Assembly (NCBI RefSeq): GCF_003704095.1
Contig: NW_020845831.1
Location: 124,001-188,000, forward strand
Direction of reading: 5' to 3'
DNA: 64,000 nt
DNA from: Pocillopora damicornis
Taxonomy: Eukaryota
Part shown: piece by piece, positions 1 through 11,756 of the stretch
How positions within the stretch are numbered: the first letter of the stretch is position 1
Layout of the letters: each line of letters starts with the position of its first letter
The notes under the pieces: generated by a model
Databases searched by the model: none
Told to the model about the DNA's origin: nothing
What the model saw: only the letters and a program-made list of their open reading frames with translations
Made by a program: the position numbers and the translations under genes

Positions 1-421
1 GCTACATCAGCTATTTTAACAATACCTTTGTCAGCACATAGTTTTCCTCTTTGTTGTATAATTTGCACATAGACATCAATCATTGTTCTGTAACTTTTGC
101 TATTGTTATTGTTTGTTTGTTTGTTTGTTTTTTGCCTGATGCAAGAAGGCTGATAAATTAGCCAACAAACAAGCTTTGTTGTTGTTGTTGTTGTAATTGT
201 TGTTTCTGTCTGTTTGTTTCTTTATTTGTTTATTTTGATTTTGGTGTTCGGTTTATCTTTAAATATTACTTAGTTGAAAACAATTTAAAGAAGCTCAAAC
301 AAGCAGTTCATAGATCTATTTGCTCTGAAAGACAAATCAATAGATGGAGTGGATCTTAGTTTCTTTATGCCTATGTCGTAGAGAAAACTGAACTCAACCT
401 AAGAAATGACTTTTCTGACAG

Positions 422-3263
422 GAGCCCACATAAGAACTGGAACAACCTCCGTGCAGCAGACCTTCAATTTACGGCAACTGTTCAAACATGAAAGTTTCAA
501 CATGAGAGAGCTCCGTAACGATATAGCTCTTCTACAGCTGAGTGGGCGAGTGAAGCTGAGCGATAAAGTAAATACCGTTTGCATGCCACAGCCAGGAGAC
601 AAGGTGTCACCTGGATCACGATGTTATATTACAGGTAAAGAAATCGCTAAGTATTTTCTTCTTCTTTTTTTTTTCTATGGCAAAAATGTGAAATGTGTAA
701 ATTATTATAGAATAATTGAGATGTTATGAGCGCCCTCATCGGTCAAAAGGCTATCGCTTATTGCACCGCCAACACAAAGAAAATAGGAACTTTTCCTTGT
801 GTTCTTCCAACATCCTGCGTAGGTTATTACCCCGGTAAACTGATAGAGAGTGCGGTCTATTGCTCAGATAAAGCTGAGAAACTGCCTGTTTTATAAGTGA
901 TATTTGGTATCTTTTTTCAAACTGTATCTGTCGCAGCACTGTGACGCACAATTCTCCTACAAGTGTTCTTGAAAACGTATGCTCACTAAATCTAATTAAT
1001 AACGTTTGAAGGTTGGGGAAGAATGGTTGGAGGTGGACAAGCCGCTTCAACTCTCCAACAGGCTGTGTTGCCGGTCGCCGATCACAAAAGCTGCCAAAGT
1101 GTTAACGGTTATATGGTTAGTGTTGATGAAGACTCCATGGTGTGCGCTGGAGGCGAAGGCAAAGGTGGATGCCAGGTAAATGTATCAAATCAAAATTTAT
1201 ATGGTCATGATTTTGAATCGCGGTTATCTTTTAGGTCTTTAAGATTGATCTTGACCCCTTTCACATGAACAGCAGATAAAGGTCTTTTGATTTACAGATT
1301 CGACTTCCGACGGAGCTTTTTACTCGAAAAGGAATTACACAAACACACGTCGACAATTACCCCCAATTCGTTCACGGGAACAAATTTAAGTGGAAATTTA
1401 TGACTCAGAAGAAAAAGGTTTCATTCTGCCTAGAATTTTCTGAACGATGAGTAATTTCTTTTTTTCTCCCATTCTAACAAGGGAGACAGTGGCGGCCCAT
1501 TTGTTTGCAACGAAGGAGGGCGATGGGTTTTGAGAGGTGCTGTGAGCTGGGGTCATGGAAAGTGCAGGACAGATCATTACACAGTGTTTGCTCGTGTGAG
1601 CAATTTCGTGGATTGGATCAAACAAAAGCAATCAAGTAAGTTCTTAATTCTCTTACGAAATAGGAATTTCTGGAAAGAGAGAAAAGTTATGCTGCAACGG
1701 GAAGACAATCTCTAGTCTGCGTTCATCTATTCATCTGAGTAGAAGTTTTCAGGTGAAGGCTTTACTTGTGTTACTAATGTAATGTTGATACCACCTAGTT
1801 AAGTTATTGTGGATTCGCAAGCGACAGACACACAATCTTGACGTTCTCAAATGGGTGTGCCACAGATCAACTCTTAAACCTACGCTAAGCGAAAAAGGAT
1901 TAAGGTGTGGCTTTGACTGTAACAAACACTGGAAGAAGAAAGGTTTCCGTTAACAGAGGAAAGACCGTATGCCTTTACTATCACTCTCCTATTTCTTCGT
2001 TAGGTGGAGGCGGTGGAAACGGCGGAGGTGGAGGAGGAGGTGAGTCAAACTCCTTACAGTGGGGCACGGCCTGATTGGCTGACCTTAAGCAAAAATTAAG
2101 AAATCTCAGTAGCCGATGGGAATAAAGGAAAATATTTCAAAGAGATTACGTGTTGTAAAGTGAATGCACCTCAACTGCTTGAAGGCGGAAATAGTGAGTC
2201 GTCGAATTTCGATTAAGGTTTGCATCTAATTGGTGGGAGGTTGGGCGAGTTTCTGAACCAATCACGGAGTATAGTAGGGAAAAAGCTGCAATCTTTATTT
2301 CATGCGATAAAAAAATTGTCAAATACTTGTGAAAAAAATATTTCGGGTCTGGCATGACACGGCGTTTTGCCTCGGCCAACGCGTTCACATCTAAGCTGTT
2401 AGTCAAACTGGCCCCCTATTCCAGAAGGATTTCAACTATACGTTCACGAGTATCAATTTCTTTTTCATCGCCGGTGTAAATATCACTTAATCACAACAAT
2501 TAAAATGGTACGGCTTACCCATACTCTAACCCTCTAAAAGTTCAAAGCAAGATTCATGATTTAACATCAAGAAGGTTACCTTGATGTTTGTCGCCTGTTA
2601 GCAGAGGCAAGTGACTCAGAATGACCTTCCAATACTAAAAAAGGGAATTACTTCTTACGCAAATATGTTATTTTGATCTGAAAGGCTGCAGTGACAGGAA
2701 TCCAAACTGCCGACATTATCTGCAGTACTGCAGATGGGACCAAAACATTCGACGATTGTGCCCTAAGTCGTGTCGCCTTTGTAAGTGGATCAAACAGTGC
2801 TTATATGATAAGCTGAATTATACACGCATTTTGATCAATTCTTACTTATGATCTATTCGAGGAAAGACGCCTAGATGACGTCACCATTAACAATATTTTG
2901 CTTTTTTATCATATAGAAAAATAGGTACTTCATTTTGACGTCATCTATGATGTAGTACGGAACAGACGCACGGCAACATGGAATCTATTTCTTAAAATAA
3001 ATCACTACCCATCTACCTTAATTATCATCACAACTATAAATTTTACTGTAGTTGCCATTATCACTATCTTGATTACTTTTACCGCTATAAATTCCATTTC
3101 TAGTTTTGCTTTCATTAACATCAACATACTGTTCTTGTCAACGAATTTTCAGTTCAAACCTGATCTATTCTGATACCAATATGATGGTATGTCGTCTCGT
3201 CACAGACATGAAGCTATTTTTTCAAAATTTAGGAAGCTTTTTTTTATTTTCTTTGCAGGCTAG
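422..3263 (+). CDS. S1 (chymotrypsin/elastase-like) serine protease with Gly linker and C-terminal ShKT domain; 5' part lies outside the window
   Basis: Exons 422-634 (NDIALLQL, catalytic Asp), 1012-1175 (GWG...SMVCAGGEGKGGCQ), 1482-1635 (GDSGGPFVC...VSWG...YTVFARV), 2004-2039 (poly-Gly), 2685-2780 (CSDRNPNCRHYLQYCRWDQNIRRLCPKSCRL-C), 3259-3263 (end of last Cys codon + TAG). All introns are GT..AG with consistent phases. AATAAA at 3352-3357. The catalytic His exon is not in the window. Confidence 0.92.
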
Positions 3264-3351
3264 ATAGAGAGTGAGGACCCGCCACAACACGGAATGGACT
3301 TATTTCACCAGAATGAAGAAACATTGTTGATTTTGTCACGTAGAAAAGTCC

Positions 3352-3357
3352 AATAAA
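3352..3357 (+). terminator. Polyadenylation signal of the serine protease gene
   Basis: AATAAA about 90 nt after the TAG at 3261-3263. Confidence 0.6.
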
Positions 3358-5555
3358 CTAGCTTAAATGCTCAATACTTAAACTCGTGCCATCGTCTTTA
3401 CTGATATTCCAATGGCAAAAAGGAGTACAATTAACTGAGGCGATTTTTTAAAAAATGTAAAACCTCCCAGTAAGACACAAAGATGAGAATAATGCGCCTG
3501 CAACAGTAGCAATCGAGTAGCAAGGCGAATAATTTTCAACGATGAAAAGATGGAGGGAATAAAAGGTACCTTTCATCCAATATCTATCTTTATGTCTTCG
3601 AAATTTCCTCGTTATTCTTTGTCTAGAATGTCAATACCGAATCCAAATTAAGCCTGTACATGTGCAACATTTCCACTGCAATTGAACGGCGATCAAGTTC
3701 AATTTTGCCGCCATTTTAAAAATCCAGGTAACCACTCCTCTTGCAAGACTTATTTAAAGAAAAAACTGGTAACTAATGTTTCTATGGTGATTCTGTCGGA
3801 TTTGCAAATGGCGGTCAAAACGAAGCTGATGGAGGCGAAGAGGTGATGTTTGGCTATAATTTTAAAAGTGTTAACGGAGTTCCAGTGGACGGGATTGTGC
3901 CAAAATTTCAAAGAAGGAAATAGCTCGTCAGATGAAAGGTATATCTTTTGATATTTTCTCTCTTTCAATAAGCTAACGAGAAGAACTTTATTTCTAAGCT
4001 TCTGCACTCTTTTACGAGTGGTATGTTGGAAAGCTCGTAAACTGTGAAAATCCTTACATCACCACATATAAATGATGTTTGACCTGCTGTTTGTTTCACA
4101 GAACCTAATTTATTTATGGCAAAAATGTTAAGCGTCCGTACTTTTTGACTAGCGGCAATAATGTTTGGATATAGGCGTAAAAGGTTTCGACTGCTCTTAA
4201 AAAATGTGGTTCGTAAAAACCGTGACCTTGATAGACAGAATTATTTCTAGCTTCGGTAATCATACCGCAGTGGTCGTCACTTAAAAATTTTGCTACGATG
4301 AGCTTTGACGTCGATGTCATCCCGATATGATGTAGAGTGGCTTTCAAAAACTTTGTACTTTCCCTTCGCGCGAGAGATATGAATGGCCCGAGGAAACATG
4401 TTAAGCTTTTGAGGGACCTCTATCAGTTTGGAATCTGAGATCTCAGTCTTCTAAAACTTTGATCGTGTCATTTCATACCAAACTGCATGCATGATGAATC
4501 ATTTGTTGACCTATATAAATAACCGCCGTGAAATATCAAATAAGGATGATATTTGAAAACTAAAATTTAGGTCACCTCAGTTTACTTAGTAATGGCAAAC
4601 CTGAATATCTTTGGGCAAGGCTTTCTACCCTTTTTATTATTGTCATTCCTTTTGCTTTTTTGCTCCTATTCTGTCATCGCTTCCATATTTAAGTCCTCTC
4701 CATGAGTAACTTCGCAGTGGCGAAACTTACCAAAACTCTTAATTCCCATTTGTTTTTTCCAACGAGAGAATTACATTTAAAAGACAACAATTTAAATATC
4801 TAAGGAATAGAGCAATTCTCAAAAATCATTCGACATGCAAATGAGATTTTGTACAATGCGATTCCAGTTACTATATGAATAAAATTTATTTTTCACGCCT
4901 TCATTTCACCATCTTTCCTACTCTATTAAATCAAAAGAGGCTCTTTTGACATTGCTGATCCTTGCAGTCTTTTGGTCTTTGAGTCTCTGTGGCTCACCTG
5001 TGGAGCGTTGGAGCTCGAAGTACGTATGTTTGACATTCAATTTCTCAAAGATAAGACAAAAAAAAATAATGTTTCTTCAAATTTTACTTTTTGTTATAAA
5101 ATGTTGTTGTGTATCGCAGTTTTGTATGTAGAGAAATCAGTAAATGAACGTTTAATCGTTTGTCTCCGATAAAGAGTCGTGCTTTTAGTTGTACTTTTGA
5201 TGTGTTAAAATTAATAGCCTGACCCTTCCTACATCGTAAGAAAAACGATTAAGCGTTTATTAAATCTTTCTGCTTGATGATTAATATGAGACTAAATTTT
5301 CTCTGATTGACTTTATTTTTCTACCAAATTTCTACAACTCAGTTACAATCAAACGGCATTAGTTTTATACATACTATGCCATGTCAATTAATTTTCTATA
5401 TAAATTACCGAGTTACTTTTATTATTGTGTATGTTTTTTCTCATGTATTTCAGACAGTTTAAGTAACTGAGTAATCTCTCTAAGTTTGTGATTTTCTACC
5501 AAGCAGTTTTTACTCCTCTCGTCAAAACGATGTCCGGTCCAGGGCCAATGATAAG

Positions 5556-8500
5556 TTATCCAGCTAAGAACAAATAGAGAAAAATAAGAACAGAAAAAAA
5601 ATCAACCAAATAAGAAAAATAAAATTTTCCTTGAATCGAAGGTAAAGATTTTCCAATATTTTAATGACTCTATTGAGATGAATGACTGTTCTGGATGGAT
5701 TCATAGGCTAACGGTCCAAAGAAGTACTTTTAGAGGGTCTCAATGGGGTGATGGCTTTTACGGCTAACGCGGGTAAAAATTTTTGGCTATTTTACGGCTA
5801 ACGGTTAATTTATTTCCATTGTTGCCACTGGGAAAACGAAACTTAAGTTTCCCATTCCCACTATTAAACGGATCAATTCACACTGAAGAAGGAATAGCGA
5901 TCGATTTGAAACCGGTTATATTCTCTGTAAAAACGCTAAAACTTTTTTCCGTTTACACTGGACAGTGGATGAATATTTTCTCACCAATGTAGTGTGAACA
6001 GTCGTAAGTGACAGCGAGGTCTTATTAATTAAGAAAAGGTGTGAACAGGTATTAATAAAACACTTACCAGCACAAAGTCCACACGTCTTTTTGCATTTAT
6101 CGGTCATGAAGGCCTTATAATTGCTGCAGTAGTTATATCCTTTGAGCATTTGGCACGAATTCGACGTATACTTATCAACGCAGGGTAATTTAACTAAAGA
6201 ATGAGAATCAAACGAGTAATGCGCCGGTCAATTCGAAGCTTAAAAAAAGAAAACCTCCTACGTGAAACCCACGGACATTTGACTGTCTTCCGTGCCCGGT
6301 TGGTGGGGAATTTGAACCATGCCTGGGTAGGGTGGGAATTTGAACCGGAACTGTCGAGTCCTTCCGGCGGAATAAACGTGTTTTACCTTTAGGTCGCTAA
6401 TCTTGCCTTTTACAAAAAAAAAATTGGCCATGAAATCCGGCACTTGAGTTGGGCATTTGAACATAATTTTGGCCTCTTGAATTTGAACAAACCAGTCTTC
6501 AAAAGTTCAAATGCCCAATACGTTGCCAGGGAGGGGATGTTGAAGCTTTGAATTGATCAACGCAAAGTTGTTTTGATTTTAGTAGTCACAAAGCTAATAA
6601 GAATAGTGGTAGATATTACGAGAAATCCACGTGAATTCGAAATAAAAACGAGCAAACTTACTGACTGCGACTTAATAAGGAAAGATTAGTTTTAGTTTTG
6701 TGTCTAAATGATTGAGGAAAAAAAAAAAGGAAAAGCAATATACTCTTGGATTATTTTCGACCCCTATTTCAAAAATTATCTTAACGAAAATCGTTAAAGG
6801 TCTTGTTATTGTATAGTTGTTATTTCGCTGTGTCAAGTATGTTTAAATGGATTCTTTGATACCTCAGCCAGTTGAGATCATTTGAAATCATTTGTTTATT
6901 TCTTTTATATTTTGAATTTTTGGCTACTTATCAATCCATTCGACTGCTTAGTTTTGAATTAGCCCTTAAAGAGCGATTAGATGCAACCTTTTTTAACATG
7001 TGCAAATAGCTCTGCTAGTTTCTGCGTTTTTTACCACGATTTTTCCATAAGATTGGATCAACATATATTGGCTAGTTAAATAGTACACTTTACTCACCGA
7101 CGCTGTGACCACCTGGAAATGAAGAAAAGGGAAAATAATGAATTAAGTAAAAGATTGGTTTTAAAAAGTCAAACACTTGATTTTTCTAGATCTTCCGAAT
7201 TACTATCTATCTCCCATAACCAAAGTACACACCCAAAGTTATAGGCGTAATAAAGCTTACCGCAAATTCCACATGATTTACGGCAACTTTTCCTCACAAA
7301 ATGGTTACCCGTGCATTCGTCCACATAATCCTGGCATGAAGGCACGTCATCAACGCAGTTCCCTGGAGCTAACTCAAACAGGACGAAAATTCATGAATTA
7401 GTTACACTTATCCAGTATGTTAATTATCCATGATAAGGTCGCTCAATCCTCCTGCATTAGTGCTATTGTAATGTAATTTGGATCCGTGCAATGTGAGCGG
7501 TTGTGAAACAGTAACAACTACTTTGTACGAGAAGACGGTTTGGTGGTTTTCAAATCTTTCTTTTTGCCGTAATGACTGCTTAGATAATCTTGTAACTGCA
7601 AATAACATTGACATACTCACGCTCAGTGGAGTCTGGTTGAGCAGTTCCCTGCACTGAAGCGACAAAAGTTGATTAGAAATGTTAGCTTTGCAACTTTTCA
7701 CGAAAGAGACTTATTAAGAGTACATCAACCCCCAAAAAAACCTAATTTGAGAAAAGATGGTTCACCAGACTGCGTAACACTCTAGGAAGTGTCCAATGAA
7801 GAACAATATTGAAATTGATGCTTCCCTTAAAGTGTTCGTTTCATTCGCTCATCATGATAAAGTTTTAGCATATATGATTGGTCCTTGCATGTGACGACAT
7901 ATTCAAGTCGTCATCAGCACAAGTTTTTTTCTTCATCTTGTGTTTTCATAGCAGGCAAGAACTAATTCTGGTTACCCATGATGCTCCACTGTGATTGCTA
8001 GGTTTCTAACAACCGTAACTGTAGCATATTAATTTAAGGTTAGCTTGCGACTAGGCCCTCATTATTAGCGCTGCGAGACACGCGTTTCCTCGCGCCCGCG
8101 AGAAGCAGAGAGATTCACCGGAAGTCTGGCATTACTAGTTAGCGTACCTCTCGCCGACTCGCCTGGTTCGCCCGAGGTCTCATACTTTCTCACTGGCAAA
8201 GAAACGCTGAAGCGCTAATCTTAGGTGTATACCGGATAAGGCTTTTGTCACTCCCTGCTCTCCCCTGTCAGACCTAAAACTATCCCACTCACTGTAGATA
8301 TACTCAATTCCATGTCTTTCCTCGTCCGTGAGATTTTGGTTGTTTTTATACTCCATATACATAACAGCTTTAGGATCGTTAGAGTGCTTCAACCCCAAGA
8401 GGTGTCCAATCTCGTGAAGAGCAATTGAGAACAGATTGTATCCAGTCGTGTTACTGTTGGTGTATTGTTCATCGTCGTCAAAGTGAAGAGCGCCAGATTT

Positions 8501-11056
8501 CGGATAGAATGCATGAGCAATGCTTCCACCCGTACCATCAAATTTGCAGCAACAGCTGGCGTGAACCCTTGCAACAAATCTGCAGTGGAAAGGAGCCAAC
8601 ATATTTATGCAAGGCAATCCATGTTAACTGCATTTTGATTGGCATTACTCACATGATTCTCAGTACTAATGTATTTTACATACATGAAAAAGTATTCGAC
8701 CCACATCAAGGGCCAAATAATATCCTTGTATAAATCGTTGTTTCTTTTTCCTTTCCTTTCTTTTTTTACATAAATTTCAATTAGTTGGCGTAGATAAAAA
8801 ACTGTTTCTCTCGCAATGCTTTTGATTACACTATTTACGATGTAATTACATGCACTTTCTCTGGTCGTAGTATAGTTACTGATACAGGGGATCTTACATA
8901 AGCGCGCGTTGATAAGAATTTTATCTTCGGGTGTGAGCTATATATCTCTCGTGAGATAGAAAAGCAAACGAATGAAAGATGCTGTCATCACGAGAAGAAA
9001 GATTGGTGTTCGCAGGTGGTATGTAATGTTCTGTGTACTACATAGATACTGAATGCATGTTTAAATCAAGGAGCAAGTTTGATACACCTTTTAAGCAGAC
9101 CAAATGTAGCGATCAGCAGCACGTAAACTCAGCTCGCATATAAGCTGCGTCATCCTTCGTCGATTTTCTCATTGTTAGATATGTTTCCTCTCACACAAAG
9201 TATAATTCAACCCTAATTACGTCCAGTTATGTAAAAAATTTATAAATCCGGTCACCAAGACGATATTAATATCAGTCACCTGTGAAAACAAGGTGCGTTA
9301 TCTGCGCGCAGAAAAGATATGTTATCGAATAGAGCTGTAATATTTCGACTCGATTTAAAAGCCGCCACCTATATAAACCATGTATAGATAGCAGTTTACT
9401 TACGATATGCTGATGTTCGCGTTTGAGCTGGAGTTATTGACCTCACTGAATGAAACTGGACCAATTTTTTCCCATGCCTTAAAAGCTCTCCGTATGATAC
9501 CTCGCTGTTGACTTACAGTCAACCCACCATTTGATGCGAAGTTATGGATTCTGTAAGTGAGATGCATAGTTTCCCAACGATATCCGGAGACAGAAAACCT
9601 TTTAACCCGCCCTAAAAGATAGCAACTATCAGATCAAAGATGAACAATACACACCAAAGAACTATGATATTATCTGACTCAATAACCAGTTCTTTTTAGC
9701 TCATTCAGTAGAGCATAGGTTCAGGGTTCGAATCCTCGTAAAAGACCACCTTTTTCTTTATCCCACGCCTGTGAGAAATTGATTTTACAGTCGAACCTGT
9801 CACCGGTTACCCCGTATTTTAAAAGCGGTCACCACGGTATTAAGCAGCGGGTTGTCAAAGTCCCAAGTTTGTCTTCCCCTAATCACAGTAATATTAGCCT
9901 CTATTCAGTGGTCACCTCTGTGAAGCGATAAAATTTACCTGATTCCCCCAAAAGGGTCTGTAATATTCTTATCACGACTGATAACCCTGCTCTCCCACTG
10001 AAACTGACATGTGATCCCCGTAATATCCTTCGCGCCTCCCCCCCCCCCTCACCTTCCCTCCACAGGGGATAAAAAATGACCAGTCCCTTAAATTGCAGTA
10101 CGTTTTACGTTTTACGTTTTACCCGGACTGGGTTTGTCATCGTCGTCAAAATCCGGGACACCGCATCTTGGCTTGTGCATCTCTGCTATTGTTTTTCTAT
10201 CCAGCTGACCTGTGTTTGGAATATTCACAAATTCCTGGAATATTCTCACGGCGTCCTTGAAGTTATGGTTTCCATTTTTTAAGGGGGACAGGTAATGATA
10301 CTTCTTCAGAAAATCCTATGAGATAAAGCAGATTTCTTACCTTAGCTTGTTTCCAAGACAAGTTCGACCACAAGTAAAAGACTAAAATGCAAGTTTTTTT
10401 TAATTTTCTAACTTCCATAAATGATTAACACACAATGTCCAGTAAATAGGTGATAAGAATACTCAAACTTATATAGAAGAAATTATTATGCTTATCTAAA
10501 GTTCTTGGCGTGCAAATTCGTTTTTTCTCTGGCAGATAGCAGTAATCAAAGGCGAAGTAATGGACACGAATTGAAAAACAACAACAACAACAAAACAAAA
10601 TACACTTGATGCAGCATGAGCTACAGGATTGCAAATATCATATCAAAACTGGCGAAACAAATTATAATACACCTGAAATCTTATAAAAATCGGTTTATTT
10701 GTATAATGAAAGTAGAAATAGAGATCTGATAGACCCTATGCAATTTATACTAGACTGTGAGCTAAATGTTCTTTCTTTCCCACTGAAAATTAGTGATAAT
10801 TCAATGCAAAGAGATTAGCTGCAAAACCTGAATTAGCCCAGTTTCTATCTGGTGACACGGTTACCCGTCAGTTGCACTTGCTCTGGTTAGATAGGGATGA
10901 ATTTCTTTAAAACGTATGTTTGCTATGTAATAATTTCAAATCAGTTGTACGTACCAGAGCAAATTGTTTCTCCTTTTCATCTACTGGAGCACCATTTGAA
11001 CAACGCAGAGACAGAAAAAGGAGAAACAACCGCAACAATTGAGATGCTTTTCGCAT
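5556..11056 (-). CDS. Matrix metalloproteinase (M10A/matrixin), ~348 aa: signal peptide, prodomain, furin site, catalytic domain, 2 ShKT domains, no hemopexin domain
   Basis: Exons 11056-10955 (MRKASQLLRLFLLFLSLRCSNGAPV...), 10315-10123 (DFLKKYHYL...PRCGVPD cysteine switch), 9611-9404 (RVKR furin site, W...LTYRI), 8579-8293 (HEIGHLLGLKH zinc motif, AVMY Met-turn), 7368-7261 (ShKT1 CVDDVPSCQDYVDECTGNHFVRKSCRKSCGIC; alternative in-frame acceptor at 7362), 7112-7098 (15-nt micro-exon), 6193-6068 (ShKT2 CVDKYTSNSCQMLKGYNYCSNYKAFMTDKCKKTCGLC), 5563-5556 (stop). Phases are consistent. The terminal exon is the least certain. Confidence 0.9.
6220..6564. mobile_element. MITE-like non-autonomous DNA element in an MMP intron
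   Basis: Imperfect terminal inverted repeats tgcgccggtcaattcgaagctt (6220-6241) and aagctttgaattgatcaacgca (6543-6564). Repeated internal g(a/c)atttgaac motif. No coding capacity. Confidence 0.65.
9697..9775 (+). mobile_element. Degenerate tRNA-derived SINE head
   Basis: A-box-like tagctcattcagtagagca and B-box ggttcgaatcc. The anticodon arm is missing and there is no acceptor stem. Confidence 0.5.
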
Positions 11057-11542
11057 CGTTGATAGTGGTGCTGAGATTCTTAGCCTCCAGCAGGCACTGG
11101 CTAAACGTTAAATGTTACCTCTCCGAGGAAATGGTTCCTATATACATCTTCAGACTGAAATAGAACTTTTTATTATTTTCAAGAAGCTGGTTCTTGAAAA
11201 TAAGGGCATCCTTTGAGTAAAGGAGCACTTCATGGAATTGAAGATCGTTGAAGTTGCCCCCTTCAATTCCCTCCCGGATTACTAGGATCATTTTCGGGAA
11301 GTGCATTGAGTTATTTTTATATCACTCGAAATATTCGATTTGACAAAGCTTAAAAGTCGGTCTGAGTTAGCTGCAAACTATGAAATAGTTATTGAAAGCT
11401 TAATAAGACGTTTCCGAACAGTATGGAAGAGAAACACATTTCCTTGTTGCATTTAAAGTTCATGTCAGAAATAGTACGTTTAATTTTAAGTCTTTATTTT
11501 TTATTTTCCTATACTCTGATGCAAAAGAACTCGCCCATGGCT

Positions 11543-11756
11543 TTGACCCTTTAAATCCTAGACTGGCGTGATTAAAATGCAACTTCTCCATTGAATATTC
11601 CTACACTATCCAGTAAACAGCTAATGAGATCACTCAAACTTATCAGGTCGGATTATTTTCTTGATGTAAAACCAAATTCTTGTAACTAATTTACAAGGAA
11701 ATGTGTAGCAGCTCGAGGGGGAATGAACAATGCGATCTTGGGAATTAGGGGTGAAA
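11543..11756. mobile_element. Degenerate ~210-bp MITE (piggyBac-like ends)
   Basis: Ends ttgaccctttaaatcct ... gggaattaggggtgaa form an imperfect inverted repeat. Same size class as the element at 28331-28543. Confidence 0.45.

Noticed and set aside
100-240. (TTG)n/(TTTG)n tracts
   Set aside because: Ordinary intronic microsatellites.
9697-9745. tRNA gene
   Set aside because: A and B boxes are present but there is no anticodon arm or acceptor stem. Treated as a SINE relic.
10341-10418. Apparent alternative first exon of the MMP (MEVRKLKKTCILVFYLWSNLSWKQAK followed by GTAAG)
   Set aside because: It would need a 25-nt intron to join the exon at 10315, which is implausibly short. Exon 11056-10955 gives a better signal peptide in the right phase.
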